A stretch of DNA of 21,403 nt from Gemmatimonadaceae bacterium (GCA_033763905.1 JANRJP010000040.1:1-21403); one strand, 5' to 3'. Shown: positions 1-8,634, numbered from the stretch's first letter. Made by a program: numbers and translations. The notes: generated by a model from the sequence alone, not told the origin.

Positions 1-435
1 TCGCCAAGCCGCCTGACCGCACAAAGCCCGGACGAGGTGTCGCGGCTCGGATGGCTGTCCGGTTGCTGGGAGCTTCGGACGGCGACCCGCGTCACCCACG
101 AACAGTGGATGTCCCCGCTCGGCGGCGCGCTCATCGGGATGAGTCGCACCGTCGCGGGTGGCGCGCTGCGCGAGTTCGAGTACCTGCGCATCACCCGAGT
201 CGCCGACACGCTGCGCTACACGGCGATGCCAGGCGGACAACGGGAGACCCGGTTCACGGCCACGCAGCTGACTGACTCGTCCGTCGCGTTCGCGAACCCG
301 ACGCACGACTTCCCCCAGCAGATCGAGTACCGCCGACGCGGCCAGGATTCCCTCATCGCCACGATCAGCGGAGTCGCCGGTGGTCATCGCCGCGCGATCC
401 CGTTCGCGATGCGGCGCACGGCCTGCAGCGGCTGA
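1..435 (+). CDS. DUF6265-like secreted protein, 5'-truncated by the window edge
   Basis: Frame 1 is open from base 1 (SPSRLTAQSPDEV...), so the GTG at 37 is probably internal. Motifs LGWLSGCW, EQW..P.GG.LIG, FEYLRI and FANPTHDFPQQI.YR are typical of DUF6265. Confidence 0.8.
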   Translation, partial: SPSRLTAQSPDEVSRLGWLSGCWELRTATRVTHEQWMSPLGGALIGMSRTVAGGALREFEYLRITRVADTLRYTAMPGGQRETRFTATQLTDSSVAFANPTHDFPQQIEYRRRGQDSLIATISGVAGGHRRAIPFAMRRTACSG

Positions 436-450
436 TTGTCCCGCGGCGGG

Positions 451-462
451 ACGGTTCGTCCC
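451..462 (+). promoter_or_regulatory. Putative LytTR (AlgR-like) binding site ACGGTTCGTCCC
   Basis: 9/10 match to the AlgR core ACCGTTCGTC, 41 nt upstream of the ATG at 504; near-copies at 4428-4439 and 8602-8613. Confidence 0.4.
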
Positions 463-503
463 GAGATCCGCGACAGCGGGCCGTCTCACGACGAGCGTGG
501 AGG

Positions 504-2414
504 ATGCCTCTCTCATTCCGCCTTTCACTCCTGCCGGTGTTGGCCGCGGCCACCGGCTGCCTCGGCAGTGCGATCACCGGTCCCGACGTCCCGGTCTTCC
601 CGGCGGGCACCACGCGTGTGCTGTTTGTCGGCAACTCGCTGACCTATGTCGAGGACGTCCCGTCTCGTGTCGTGCAGATTGCCCGGCAATGGGGCGACAC
701 ATCGGTGCGCGTCGCGACACTGGCCGCGCCGAACTTCGCGCTGATCGACCACTGGGCCAACGGCAGTCTGCGCACCCTGCTCAGCCGCAGCAACTGGGAA
801 TTCGTGGTGATGCAGCAGGGCCCGTCGTCGCTGCCCGAGAATCAACTGCTGCTCCGCGAGTGGGCGACGCTGATCGAGCCCTCGATTCGCGCCGCCGGCG
901 GCACTCCGATGCTGTACGGCGTCTGGCCGCACGCGGCGCGTCCGCAGGACATGCCGGCCGTCGAGCAGTCGTATCGATTGGCGGCACAGGCCGTGCAGGG
1001 CGAGTTCGCCCCGGCGGGGTCCGCGTGGTATCGCGCCCTCGCGATCAGTCCCACCCTACCGCTCTACGCGGCCGATGGCCTGCACGCCGCGCCGATGGGG
1101 GCCTATGTCGCCGCGGTGGTCATTGCTGCGCGCGTGCTCGGTCGAGACCCGCTGACCTTGCCGCCGGTCGCACCGGGCGTCGCTGCGGATTCCTTCACGG
1201 TGCGCCTGCTGCAACGGGTGGCGTCGGAGGCCTTGCGGGACCTCGATACGACACCGGACCCGTCGCTCCTTCGTGCCGAGGCGCCGACGGTGGCGCGGAA
1301 CGCGTGGCGTGACGCGGTCGCGGCGCAACGGCGCGGCGCGATCGACAGCGCGCTCCGGGCCGCCGTGCACGCCAGCGAGACGTGGCCCCTGCAGCCGGCC
1401 TACGCCGCGGGCGTCGCGCGGCTCGCGGATCGCCTTGGTGACACCGCGACGCGTCGCCGCGCGGAAGCGCGGCTGCGCCGTCTGTCATTGCCGAATGCGG
1501 GCGAGCGCAGTCGAGCGGTCGTGCTGTCGTCGGACACCACGGTCTTCCCGGAGGGTCTGGCCGCCGACGCGCGAAGCGGTCGGCTGTTCGTGTCCAGCCT
1601 CGCGCATCGCGCGGTGTACACCGCCGACCGCGACGGCGGGTGGCGACGGTTGGTGTCCCTCGCGCCGCTGCGTGGCGCATCGCCGGTGGCGATGGTGGTC
1701 GACACCGGACGCCGCGAGCTGGTCGTGGCCACTGCCGATGTACCTGAAGCGGGTCCCTCCGACAGCACCAGGGGCAGCGAGCTCGTGACGCTGCGCCTGG
1801 ACGATGGCGCCGTGCTCTCACGCACGCGCCTCGGCGACGGCGAGGTGATGCCCGGCGAGATCGCGCTGCTTCCCAGCGGCGAGGTGGTGGTCACCGACGC
1901 CCGCCGCGGCGCCGTGCTCGTGCTGTCGCGCGACGCCGGCGCGACGCGGACGTACACGCACCCGTGGCTGCGCTCGCCGCAGGGCGTGGTGCCCACGCGT
2001 GACAATCAGGCGCTCATCATCGCCGATTGGAGCACCGGCCTGCTGTGGCTGTCGCGCGAGACCGGTGTGGTCACCCGCCTGCAGGAGCCGGCCGGCGGCA
2101 CACTGCTTGGCATCGATGGACTGGTTCGCCTGCCCACGGCGGAAGACGATGTCCTGCTCGGCGTCCAGAACGGCGTCGGTGCCCCACGGATCGTTCGTAT
2201 CGTCGTGCACCCGACGGCGCCGCGACTGCTCTCGCTGTCGGAGATCGACCGGCCGGCCGCACTACGAGGCGAAGCCACGATCGGCACCGTCCTCGATGGG
2301 GACTACTGGTACGTGGCGTCGAGTCACTGGCCCTTTCGCGACGCGACGGGAGCGCGCGTGGCGACGACGTCGGCGCTACCGCCGGTCGAACTGCGCCGCT
2401 TGCCGCTGCGCTGA
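504..2414 (+). CDS. Lipoprotein: SGNH/GDSL-type hydrolase domain, helical linker, SMP-30/gluconolactonase-like beta-propeller
   Basis: Lipobox-like LAAATGC; RVLFVGNSLTY (block I Ser), WEFVVMQQGPS and DGLH (DxxH); C-terminal blades FPEGLAAD..SGRLFVSS, SPQGV, LGIDGL, GVQNGV..RIVR. Confidence 0.8.
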   Translation: MPLSFRLSLLPVLAAATGCLGSAITGPDVPVFPAGTTRVLFVGNSLTYVEDVPSRVVQIARQWGDTSVRVATLAAPNFALIDHWANGSLRTLLSRSNWEFVVMQQGPSSLPENQLLLREWATLIEPSIRAAGGTPMLYGVWPHAARPQDMPAVEQSYRLAAQAVQGEFAPAGSAWYRALAISPTLPLYAADGLHAAPMGAYVAAVVIAARVLGRDPLTLPPVAPGVAADSFTVRLLQRVASEALRDLDTTPDPSLLRAEAPTVARNAWRDAVAAQRRGAIDSALRAAVHASETWPLQPAYAAGVARLADRLGDTATRRRAEARLRRLSLPNAGERSRAVVLSSDTTVFPEGLAADARSGRLFVSSLAHRAVYTADRDGGWRRLVSLAPLRGASPVAMVVDTGRRELVVATADVPEAGPSDSTRGSELVTLRLDDGAVLSRTRLGDGEVMPGEIALLPSGEVVVTDARRGAVLVLSRDAGATRTYTHPWLRSPQGVVPTRDNQALIIADWSTGLLWLSRETGVVTRLQEPAGGTLLGIDGLVRLPTAEDDVLLGVQNGVGAPRIVRIVVHPTAPRLLSLSEIDRPAALRGEATIGTVLDGDYWYVASSHWPFRDATGARVATTSALPPVELRRLPLR

Positions 2415-2428
2415 GCGCAGTCGCTCAG
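2411..2428. terminator. Short hairpin between convergent genes (CTGAGCG-cagt-CGCTCAG); possible pause or termination signal
   Basis: Perfect 7-bp inverted repeat containing both stop codons; no U-tract on either strand. Confidence 0.3.
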
Positions 2429-3534
2429 GCGACCGCGCGTGCAACCGGCGCGCGTCGCGCCGAGGGCACGCGGATCTCGGCGATGGCGCCACCGCCGGCA
2501 CGCGCGGTCAGCGACAACGTGGCCGCCGTGCCGTGCAGCCGCTCCAGCCGGGCCCGAAGATTCCGCAGGGCGATCCCCGCCCCCGGTCTCGATTGCGGCT
2601 CTTCGGCCGACCGGAGCCCCACGCCGTCATCGCTGACGCGAAGCACCACGCCATCGGCCATCGGCACGGCGGCAATCTCGATGGTGCCAGCGCCAGGACG
2701 GCGTGCGATCCCGTGCCGGATCGCGTTTTCGACGAGCGGCTGCAAGGCGAAGGCCGGTACCAGCACCTCGTCCAGGCCCGCCGCGACGTCCCAGCGCACC
2801 GTGAGGCGATCGGCGAAGCGCACCTGCTCGATCTCGAGGTAGCGGCGCGTGAGGTCGAGTTCGTCGCGGAGCGCCGTCTGCTGCACGTCACCCGCGGCCA
2901 ATGTGGCCCGGAGCAGATCCGCGAGCCGGATCGTCATCTTCTGCGCGGCGGCGGGATCGCGGTCGATCAGCGACACGACCGAGTTGAGCGCGTTGAAGAG
3001 GAAGTGCGGGTTCAGTTGCGCCCGCAGGGCCTCCAAGCGCGCCTGCGCGAGATCTTCCCCCAATCGCGCCTCGCGGAGCGAGGCCTCGCGCCAGCGCGCG
3101 TGCCAGCGCCAGGCCGTATCCGCACCAACCACCGCCCAGTACACCACGAACAGCATATCGCCGTACTGGCGAAGTCCCATCGCCAGGATGCTGTCGAGGT
3201 GCCGCGGCGCGTCGGTGGACACGAGACCGAAGGCCCGGGTCGTGGCCGAGATCACCAGCATTTCGGCCGGCAGCACCACCGCGCACAGGGCGAGATGCAC
3301 GAGGAGGGCGCGGGCGATGTTGCCTCGCTCGAGCGGCACGCGGTCGGCGAGCGCGGTGATGAGCAGCGACCACACGCCCCAAGGCATCCAGATCAATGCC
3401 TGTGACGCGAAGATGCCGGCGAAGCCGAGCGAGGGGTTGTAGCGCGACGGGACCCAGAGGAAGGCCAGCGTCGCGAGCGCGGCCGGCAGCAGCCAGAACC
3501 CGAACAGCAGCAGCCGACTGCGCGCGAGACTCAT
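2425..3534 (-). CDS. LytS/YehU-type membrane sensor histidine kinase (His_kinase + HATPase_c)
   Basis: H-box ALRAQLNPHFLFNALNS, YLEIEQVRF, LQPLVENAIRHG, VSDDGVG, GIALRNLRARL; about 4 N-terminal TM segments. ATG at 3534 overlaps the regulator stop (ATGA), so the longer 3804 start is unlikely. Confidence 0.93.
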   Translation of the reverse strand: MSLARSRLLLFGFWLLPAALATLAFLWVPSRYNPSLGFAGIFASQALIWMPWGVWSLLITALADRVPLERGNIARALLVHLALCAVVLPAEMLVISATTRAFGLVSTDAPRHLDSILAMGLRQYGDMLFVVYWAVVGADTAWRWHARWREASLREARLGEDLAQARLEALRAQLNPHFLFNALNSVVSLIDRDPAAAQKMTIRLADLLRATLAAGDVQQTALRDELDLTRRYLEIEQVRFADRLTVRWDVAAGLDEVLVPAFALQPLVENAIRHGIARRPGAGTIEIAAVPMADGVVLRVSDDGVGLRSAEEPQSRPGAGIALRNLRARLERLHGTAATLSLTARAGGGAIAEIRVPSARRAPVARAVA

Positions 3535-4337
3535 CCGGAAATGCCCGCCAGCCGCGTCGCGACGTGCTCGCGTCGCGTCCGGCTGACGCGCAGCTTCGAC
3601 GCGTCCTTGAGCACCAGGATTTGATCGCCACCGAACCACGGCTGGATCTCCTTGATCTGCTCGATGGCCACGATGACCCGACGGTGAATGCGGACGAAAC
3701 GGCGCGGATCCAGTCGCTGCTCCACGTTCGCGAGCGTTTCCCGGATCGTGTGGGTTCCGGCGGCGGTGTGCAGGTCCACGTAGTTGCCGTCGGACTGCAG
3801 CCACTTCACGTCACTCACCGGGACGACGTTGGTGCGCTCACCCACCTTCACGAGAAATCGCTCGGCGTAGCTGCCGTCGGCGGGCACCGCCGCCGCCTGG
3901 CCACCGTGCGTCGCGGTGGCGCTCACCGCCTGAAGCAGTGCGCCGAGCCGCCGCGCTTCGCCGGCCAGTTGCGATGACGCGTGGCGCCGCATCACGCGGG
4001 ACCAGGTCGCATCGAAGCGGTCTTCGTCAAACGGCTTGAGCAGGTAGTCGACGGCTGCGACCTCGAAGGCCTTCAGGGCGTGCTGGTCGTAGGCGGTCAC
4101 GAAGACCGCCGGCGGCATCTGTTCAACGCCGACCGATTCGACGACGGCGAACCCGTCGCGCCCCGGCATCTGGATATCGAGGAACACCGCATCGGGTCGC
4201 CACGCGCGAATGGCCTCGACCGCGGAATCACCGTCGGGCGCTTCACGCACCGCAGCGGTTGGGGCGGCGCGTTCGATGAATCGCGTCAGGCGCTCGCGGG
4301 CCAAGGGCTCATCGTCGACTACGAGAATGCGGTCCAT
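3531..4337 (-). CDS. LytTR-family response regulator (REC + LytTR)
   Basis: ILVVDDEPLAR, VFLDIQMP, FVTAYDQHALKAFE..AVDYLLKP; LytTR domain SDGNYV, FVRIHR, LRVSRT. GGAG Shine-Dalgarno 6 nt before the ATG at 4337. Confidence 0.95.
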   Translation of the reverse strand: MDRILVVDDEPLARERLTRFIERAAPTAAVREAPDGDSAVEAIRAWRPDAVFLDIQMPGRDGFAVVESVGVEQMPPAVFVTAYDQHALKAFEVAAVDYLLKPFDEDRFDATWSRVMRRHASSQLAGEARRLGALLQAVSATATHGGQAAAVPADGSYAERFLVKVGERTNVVPVSDVKWLQSDGNYVDLHTAAGTHTIRETLANVEQRLDPRRFVRIHRRVIVAIEQIKEIQPWFGGDQILVLKDASKLRVSRTRREHVATRLAGISG

Positions 4338-4427
4338 CTCGAGCTCCGGTTGCACGGGGGATATCGGCCAGCACACGGCTGGTCACCTTCAATCCTCTTT
4401 GACCACACAACCCGCCGAAGGGTTGCT

Positions 4428-4439
4428 GGGACTATCCGT
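4428..4439 (-). promoter_or_regulatory. Putative LytTR autoregulatory site ACGGATAGTCCC
   Basis: 10/12 identity to the motif at 451-462, in the same orientation relative to its downstream gene, about 90 nt upstream of the regulator ATG. Confidence 0.35.
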
Positions 4440-4482
4440 ACGTGCAGCGGGGCCGGTCGAGTTTCGCGGAGGCCCGGCCGGA

Positions 4483-5199
4483 TCAGACGACGCGGAAGGC
4501 CACCTGCAGGAAGTCGTTCACGGCAGCGACTGGGACGAGCCGTACCGGCGCGACGGCGATCCACTCGTGATAGGCGCGGAACTCGTGCTGCGCATCGGCA
4601 AACTCGTCGAAGAGTAGCAGGTCGCCGCTCCGGAGGCGTGGCGTCAGCGCCCGGAGGACGAACGAGGTGGACGAGTACAGATCCGCGTCGAGGTGGACGA
4701 TCAGGCGAGGGCCGGGGACCAGCCGTTCGAGCGCGCGAGGGAGCGTGGCCTCGAACAACCCGACCTCGAAGTTGACGCGCGGGTCGTCGATGGCGGGGGG
4801 CTTGGCCCCCTGATCGAAGTAGCCGGGCCCCGCGTGTCGCCAGGCCTCGGGCAGCCCGGTGAAGGTGTCGAATCCGATCAGCCGCGCCTCCGGCGACGTC
4901 AGCGCGCCCGCCCACCATCGCAGACTGTCGCCGCCCGCGACACCGAACTCGAGATAGTGCACGGGCGCTGCCGTCAGCTGCTCCGCGTCGACGACCTGCG
5001 CGTAGAGGTCGTATCGCCGCGCGTAGTCCAGCGGCGCCACGTCCCGCGGCGTGCCGAGCGTCCGCCGAGCCGACTCGCGGAACGCCTCGAGGGCCAGCCG
5101 GTACCTGATCGGCGGGAACAGGACGCCCAGCGGGGCAGCCAGCGCCCGAGCCGCCGGCTGCCGAACGAGCAGGCGGCCGGCGTCGCGCCAGACCGTCAC
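4483..5199 (-). CDS. TylF/MycF/NovP-like class I SAM-dependent O-methyltransferase
   Basis: YLEFGVAGGDSL, GFDTFTGLPEAW, GLFEATL, VHLDADLYSST, LRSGDLLLFDEF. Start uncertain (GTG at 5199 or 5205); the longer ORF overlaps the upstream peptidase. Confidence 0.85.
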   Translation of the reverse strand: MTVWRDAGRLLVRQPAARALAAPLGVLFPPIRYRLALEAFRESARRTLGTPRDVAPLDYARRYDLYAQVVDAEQLTAAPVHYLEFGVAGGDSLRWWAGALTSPEARLIGFDTFTGLPEAWRHAGPGYFDQGAKPPAIDDPRVNFEVGLFEATLPRALERLVPGPRLIVHLDADLYSSTSFVLRALTPRLRSGDLLLFDEFADAQHEFRAYHEWIAVAPVRLVPVAAVNDFLQVAFRVV

Positions 5200-5224
5200 C
5201 GACACACTCGACGCGTGGCGACCA

Positions 5225-8002
5225 TCAGAATGCCGCGCCCAACAGCGCGGCGTTGAGCACCACCCGGTCGAGTGCCCGGTACCAGCCCCGGAACATCGGC
5301 TCGTTGGCGAAGGCCACGAGATGCCCGCCGCCGACGCGCTCGTGCACCAACAGCGCGGTGCCGCGCAGCAGACGCTCGGTGTTGTCCGGGAAGGTGAAGC
5401 CGCCGCGCAAGAGCGGCCCGGTCGTCGGGAAGACTGCGACGTTGGTGCCGTCCTTCGACAGCTTGAGGAACGCATCGGTCTCGAGCATCACCGTCATCCG
5501 TTGCTTGTCGAGGCCGAGCGTGAGCCAATGGGTGCGATCGAACACCGCATCGAAGTGGCTGCCGGGGATCGGCGCCGGTCGGTCGGCGTTTCCGCCGGAG
5601 GACGGGCTCGCCGCCGCGATCAGGGTGTCGTACGGGGCCTTGAGCTCATCCTTCTTGAGCTCTTTCTTGTCGGCCTCGATCACTCGCGCCGTGGACAGTC
5701 CCACGTCTTCGCGTACGGCCCACTCGGTGGCGCCGCCCATCGTGATCAGGGTACCGCCCCGCTCGATCCACGCCTTGAGGTTCGCGGCTTTTCCGAGGCG
5801 CCCGAGGTTGCCGGTCGGCACGATGATCGCCGTGAATGGCGAGAGATCACCGTTGAGCGCATCGACCGTGAGTGGCGTGAACGGGATGTCGTAGCGACGT
5901 TCGAAGTTCCACCACAACGCGCCGTAGCCACCCTGGAAGATGCCGTCACCGCCGACGATGGCGATCTTGGGGCTCGGCACATCAGCCACGATGCCTGATC
6001 CCGTGCCGTATTGCGCCGACTCGGGGAAGGCCGTCTGCGCCGCCATCACTTCCACGCCGGCGGCCCGTGCGTGGGCATCGATACGAGCGTGCAACGTCGA
6101 GTCATTGCGCGAGACCCGTGCGATCCAGGTGCCGCGAGGCCATTCGGTGCTGCCGGTCTGCAGCGGCTCGGTGGCGATCGCGAGCCGGAACCCGTCGCGC
6201 ATCAGCGCGGCGGCCAGTCGCGAGGCCCCGTTGCGATCGTTGCGGAACAAGTACGCCGACCGCGCGCGACCGTTCATCACGCCGCCGGACACCATCACCG
6301 GCAGCTGCTCGCCGTTGACGATCGGCGACGACTCGTTCAGGGCCAGCAGATCGCCGTTCATCGGCGCCGCATCTTCAGTCGCCCACGCGTCGACGCCGAA
6401 CGCCACCGGCAACGCCCACGCGGTGATGTCGTAGAACTCGAAGCCTTCGGTGTCGCCGTTCCGCCCGCGCAACAGGTTGCGCTTGAAGATGTCGGTCATC
6501 CGCTTGGCAAAGACCGGATCCATCTGTGGGTCCGCCTCGAGCACCGCTCGGGCCAACTTGCCCTGCGGCTGCGCGAGATCCACCACGTAGCTGCCGGCGG
6601 GAAACGTGCGCGCGGCCACGGCATCGTCGGCGTAGGCGCGCGCCTTGGTGCTCGCCAGCGGTCGCGAGAGCCGATGCACCTCGATGCCACCGCGCAGCAA
6701 CGCCGCCGCCAACTCCGCCGCGCGGCCTGGGTCGGTTCCCGGCGCGAAGACCACGCGCTTGATGGCCTGACTGCGTCCATCGGTGATCGCCTGCTGCCGG
6801 AACGCGAGATAGTCCTTTACCCGCTCACGCGCCCGCTTGGCCGTCGTCTCGAAGGTGGCGACGGAGGCAACGAAGTGCTTCGCAATGCCATCGCGCAGCG
6901 ACAGCAGTGTCCCGTCGGCGCGACGCTTGAGCAGGGCGGGCCCGCCGTCGGTCTCGTAGGTCGCTCCCATCGCACCCGTGAGCGACGGCCACGAATCGTA
7001 GTAACCCGGATAGTAGAGATCGAAGTTGTCGCGCACGAAGTACATCCAGCCGTACTGATCGAAGGCCTCGGCATTGCCGGCCCCGATGATTTCGCCCCAC
7101 TTGAGCGGAAACGTGGGCGAGATGTTGGCATTCACCGGACGCGACGCCGGCGCCATGAAGTAGGTCGAGGTGTAGCCGTGCAGGTCCGCCGTGACCATCG
7201 GATGCCAGCGCAGCATCCCGCGGACGATGTGTCGCACTTCCTGCTGCGTCGTCGCGATCAGGTCGCGGTTCATATCGAACCGATAGTGGTTGTAGCGACC
7301 CGAGATGCTCCACGGCTGTCCGCGCTGCTGTTCCATCGCCATCCGCTCCGGACTCCCGACCGCGATCGAATTCGACCACACGGCGAACCGCTCGTGGCCG
7401 TCAGGATTGGAGCTGGGATTGATGATGACCACGGCCTCCTTGAGCAGCCGCGTCACCTCGGGGTGATCGCTCGCGGCGAAGTGATAGAGCAGCGCCATAC
7501 TCGCCTCGAAACCCGGCACTTCGTCGCCGTGGACGGAGCCGCTGAACCACACGACGGCCGGCGCACGCGCGGCGGCCGCGTCCAGGTCCGCCGGCGCGAC
7601 GCCGCGCGGGTCGGCGATGCGATCCAGATCGCTGCGAATCTGCTCGAGGCGCGCGATGTTCTCGGGCGCCGAGACGATGTAGAGTCGCATCGTGCGCCGT
7701 TCGGCGGTCTGACCGATCACTTCGACACGGACGCGGTCCTTCGCCGCATCGGCGATGGCCAGGAGCGTGCGCTCCTGCTGTGCGAACTGCGTGTGGGCAG
7801 CGCCAATCGCGTAGCCGAGCAGCGAGTCGGGCCGCGGCACCTGCGGGCGGTAGGGCCCGCGGGCGTAGAACGAGAAGGCCGCGTCGTCGCGCGGCGAGTT
7901 CGACTGCGCGGACGCGATAGCGGGTCCCCACGCGGCGGCGGCCGCGACGATGGCGAGCAGACCGGCGCGCGCGCGCCGCGGAACGAAAGCGGAAGGATGC
8001 AT
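5225..8002 (-). CDS. Secreted M14 family zinc carboxypeptidase with C-terminal class I glutamine amidotransferase-like domain
   Basis: Signal peptide ending ASA-Q; SVHGDE (HxxE), NPSSNPDG, DMNRD, DLHG, TYET; C-terminal LKAWIERGGTLITMGG and VGGGHLVAFANEPMFRG. Start taken as ATG 8002 (MHPSAF). Confidence 0.9.
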   Translation of the reverse strand: MHPSAFVPRRARAGLLAIVAAAAAWGPAIASAQSNSPRDDAAFSFYARGPYRPQVPRPDSLLGYAIGAAHTQFAQQERTLLAIADAAKDRVRVEVIGQTAERRTMRLYIVSAPENIARLEQIRSDLDRIADPRGVAPADLDAAAARAPAVVWFSGSVHGDEVPGFEASMALLYHFAASDHPEVTRLLKEAVVIINPSSNPDGHERFAVWSNSIAVGSPERMAMEQQRGQPWSISGRYNHYRFDMNRDLIATTQQEVRHIVRGMLRWHPMVTADLHGYTSTYFMAPASRPVNANISPTFPLKWGEIIGAGNAEAFDQYGWMYFVRDNFDLYYPGYYDSWPSLTGAMGATYETDGGPALLKRRADGTLLSLRDGIAKHFVASVATFETTAKRARERVKDYLAFRQQAITDGRSQAIKRVVFAPGTDPGRAAELAAALLRGGIEVHRLSRPLASTKARAYADDAVAARTFPAGSYVVDLAQPQGKLARAVLEADPQMDPVFAKRMTDIFKRNLLRGRNGDTEGFEFYDITAWALPVAFGVDAWATEDAAPMNGDLLALNESSPIVNGEQLPVMVSGGVMNGRARSAYLFRNDRNGASRLAAALMRDGFRLAIATEPLQTGSTEWPRGTWIARVSRNDSTLHARIDAHARAAGVEVMAAQTAFPESAQYGTGSGIVADVPSPKIAIVGGDGIFQGGYGALWWNFERRYDIPFTPLTVDALNGDLSPFTAIIVPTGNLGRLGKAANLKAWIERGGTLITMGGATEWAVREDVGLSTARVIEADKKELKKDELKAPYDTLIAAASPSSGGNADRPAPIPGSHFDAVFDRTHWLTLGLDKQRMTVMLETDAFLKLSKDGTNVAVFPTTGPLLRGGFTFPDNTERLLRGTALLVHERVGGGHLVAFANEPMFRGWYRALDRVVLNAALLGAAF

Positions 8003-8051
8003 TCGGGAAAGATGGGCTTCACACCGCGTCCATCGCCAGCACATTTCGCCA

Positions 8052-8585
8052 ATGGCCCGCTACGCCGCATTTCTGAGAGCGATCAACGTCGGCAAGCGAC
8101 GCGTGACGATGGATGCCCTGCGACGCATCGTCGAAGGGATCGGCGGCAGCGACGTGCGCACCGTGCTCGCCTCGGGCAACGTCGTGTTCTCGAGCCGCCA
8201 TCGGACGTCGGCCGCGGCGCGCCGCGCGCTCGAAGGCGCGCTGGCCGACTCGTTGGGATTCGCCGTGCCGTCCACGCTGCGCACGTTCGACGAGTTGCGC
8301 GCCGTGGTCGCGGCGCCGCCGTTCGACGTGCGCGAGCAGCGCGAGGCCTTCAGTCTGCTGATCGGATTCGCCGATGCGGCCATTCCGGCGGCCGCAGTCC
8401 GCGTGCTCGAGGGGCTGAGTTGCCGCACCGATCTGGTGCGGGTGCTGGACCGCCACATCTGGTGGTTGCGCCGCGAACAGCAGTCCGCCGCCGAACTCGA
8501 GAACGGCCATTTTGATCGCGCAGCGGGCGTCCCGCTGACGTTTCGCACGGTGGCGACGGTCACGAAAGTACTCGCGCAGGACTAA
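8052..8585 (+). CDS. DUF1697 domain-containing protein
   Basis: Signature MARYAAFLRAINVG, VRTVLASGNVVF and C-terminal TFRTVATVTK; ATG at 8052. Confidence 0.9.
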   Translation: MARYAAFLRAINVGKRRVTMDALRRIVEGIGGSDVRTVLASGNVVFSSRHRTSAAARRALEGALADSLGFAVPSTLRTFDELRAVVAAPPFDVREQREAFSLLIGFADAAIPAAAVRVLEGLSCRTDLVRVLDRHIWWLRREQQSAAELENGHFDRAAGVPLTFRTVATVTKVLAQD

Positions 8586-8601
8586 GACCGGCGTTCCGAC
8601 C

Positions 8602-8634
8602 GGGACGAGCCGTCAGCGCTGGGGGACGGGGCGG
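8602..8634 (-). promoter_or_regulatory. Imperfect direct repeat with 21-bp period (GGGACGAGCCGT / GGGACGGGGCGG on +), putative LytTR-type site
   Basis: Reverse complement of 8601-8613 matches 451-463 at 12/13; second copy exactly 21 bp away; a TAGGTT -10-like hexamer follows at 8643-8648. Confidence 0.35.

Noticed and set aside
4408..4425. CAACCC-gccgaa-GGGTTG hairpin as a terminator or riboswitch
   Set aside because: Only 6 bp, no clear U-tract and no recognisable aptamer.
4210..4617. 135-aa plus-strand ORF spanning the intergenic gap
   Set aside because: Overlaps two well-supported minus-strand genes and has no motif support.
6011..8515. 834-aa plus-strand ORF
   Set aside because: Antisense shadow of the M14 peptidase; Arg/His-rich with no family motifs.
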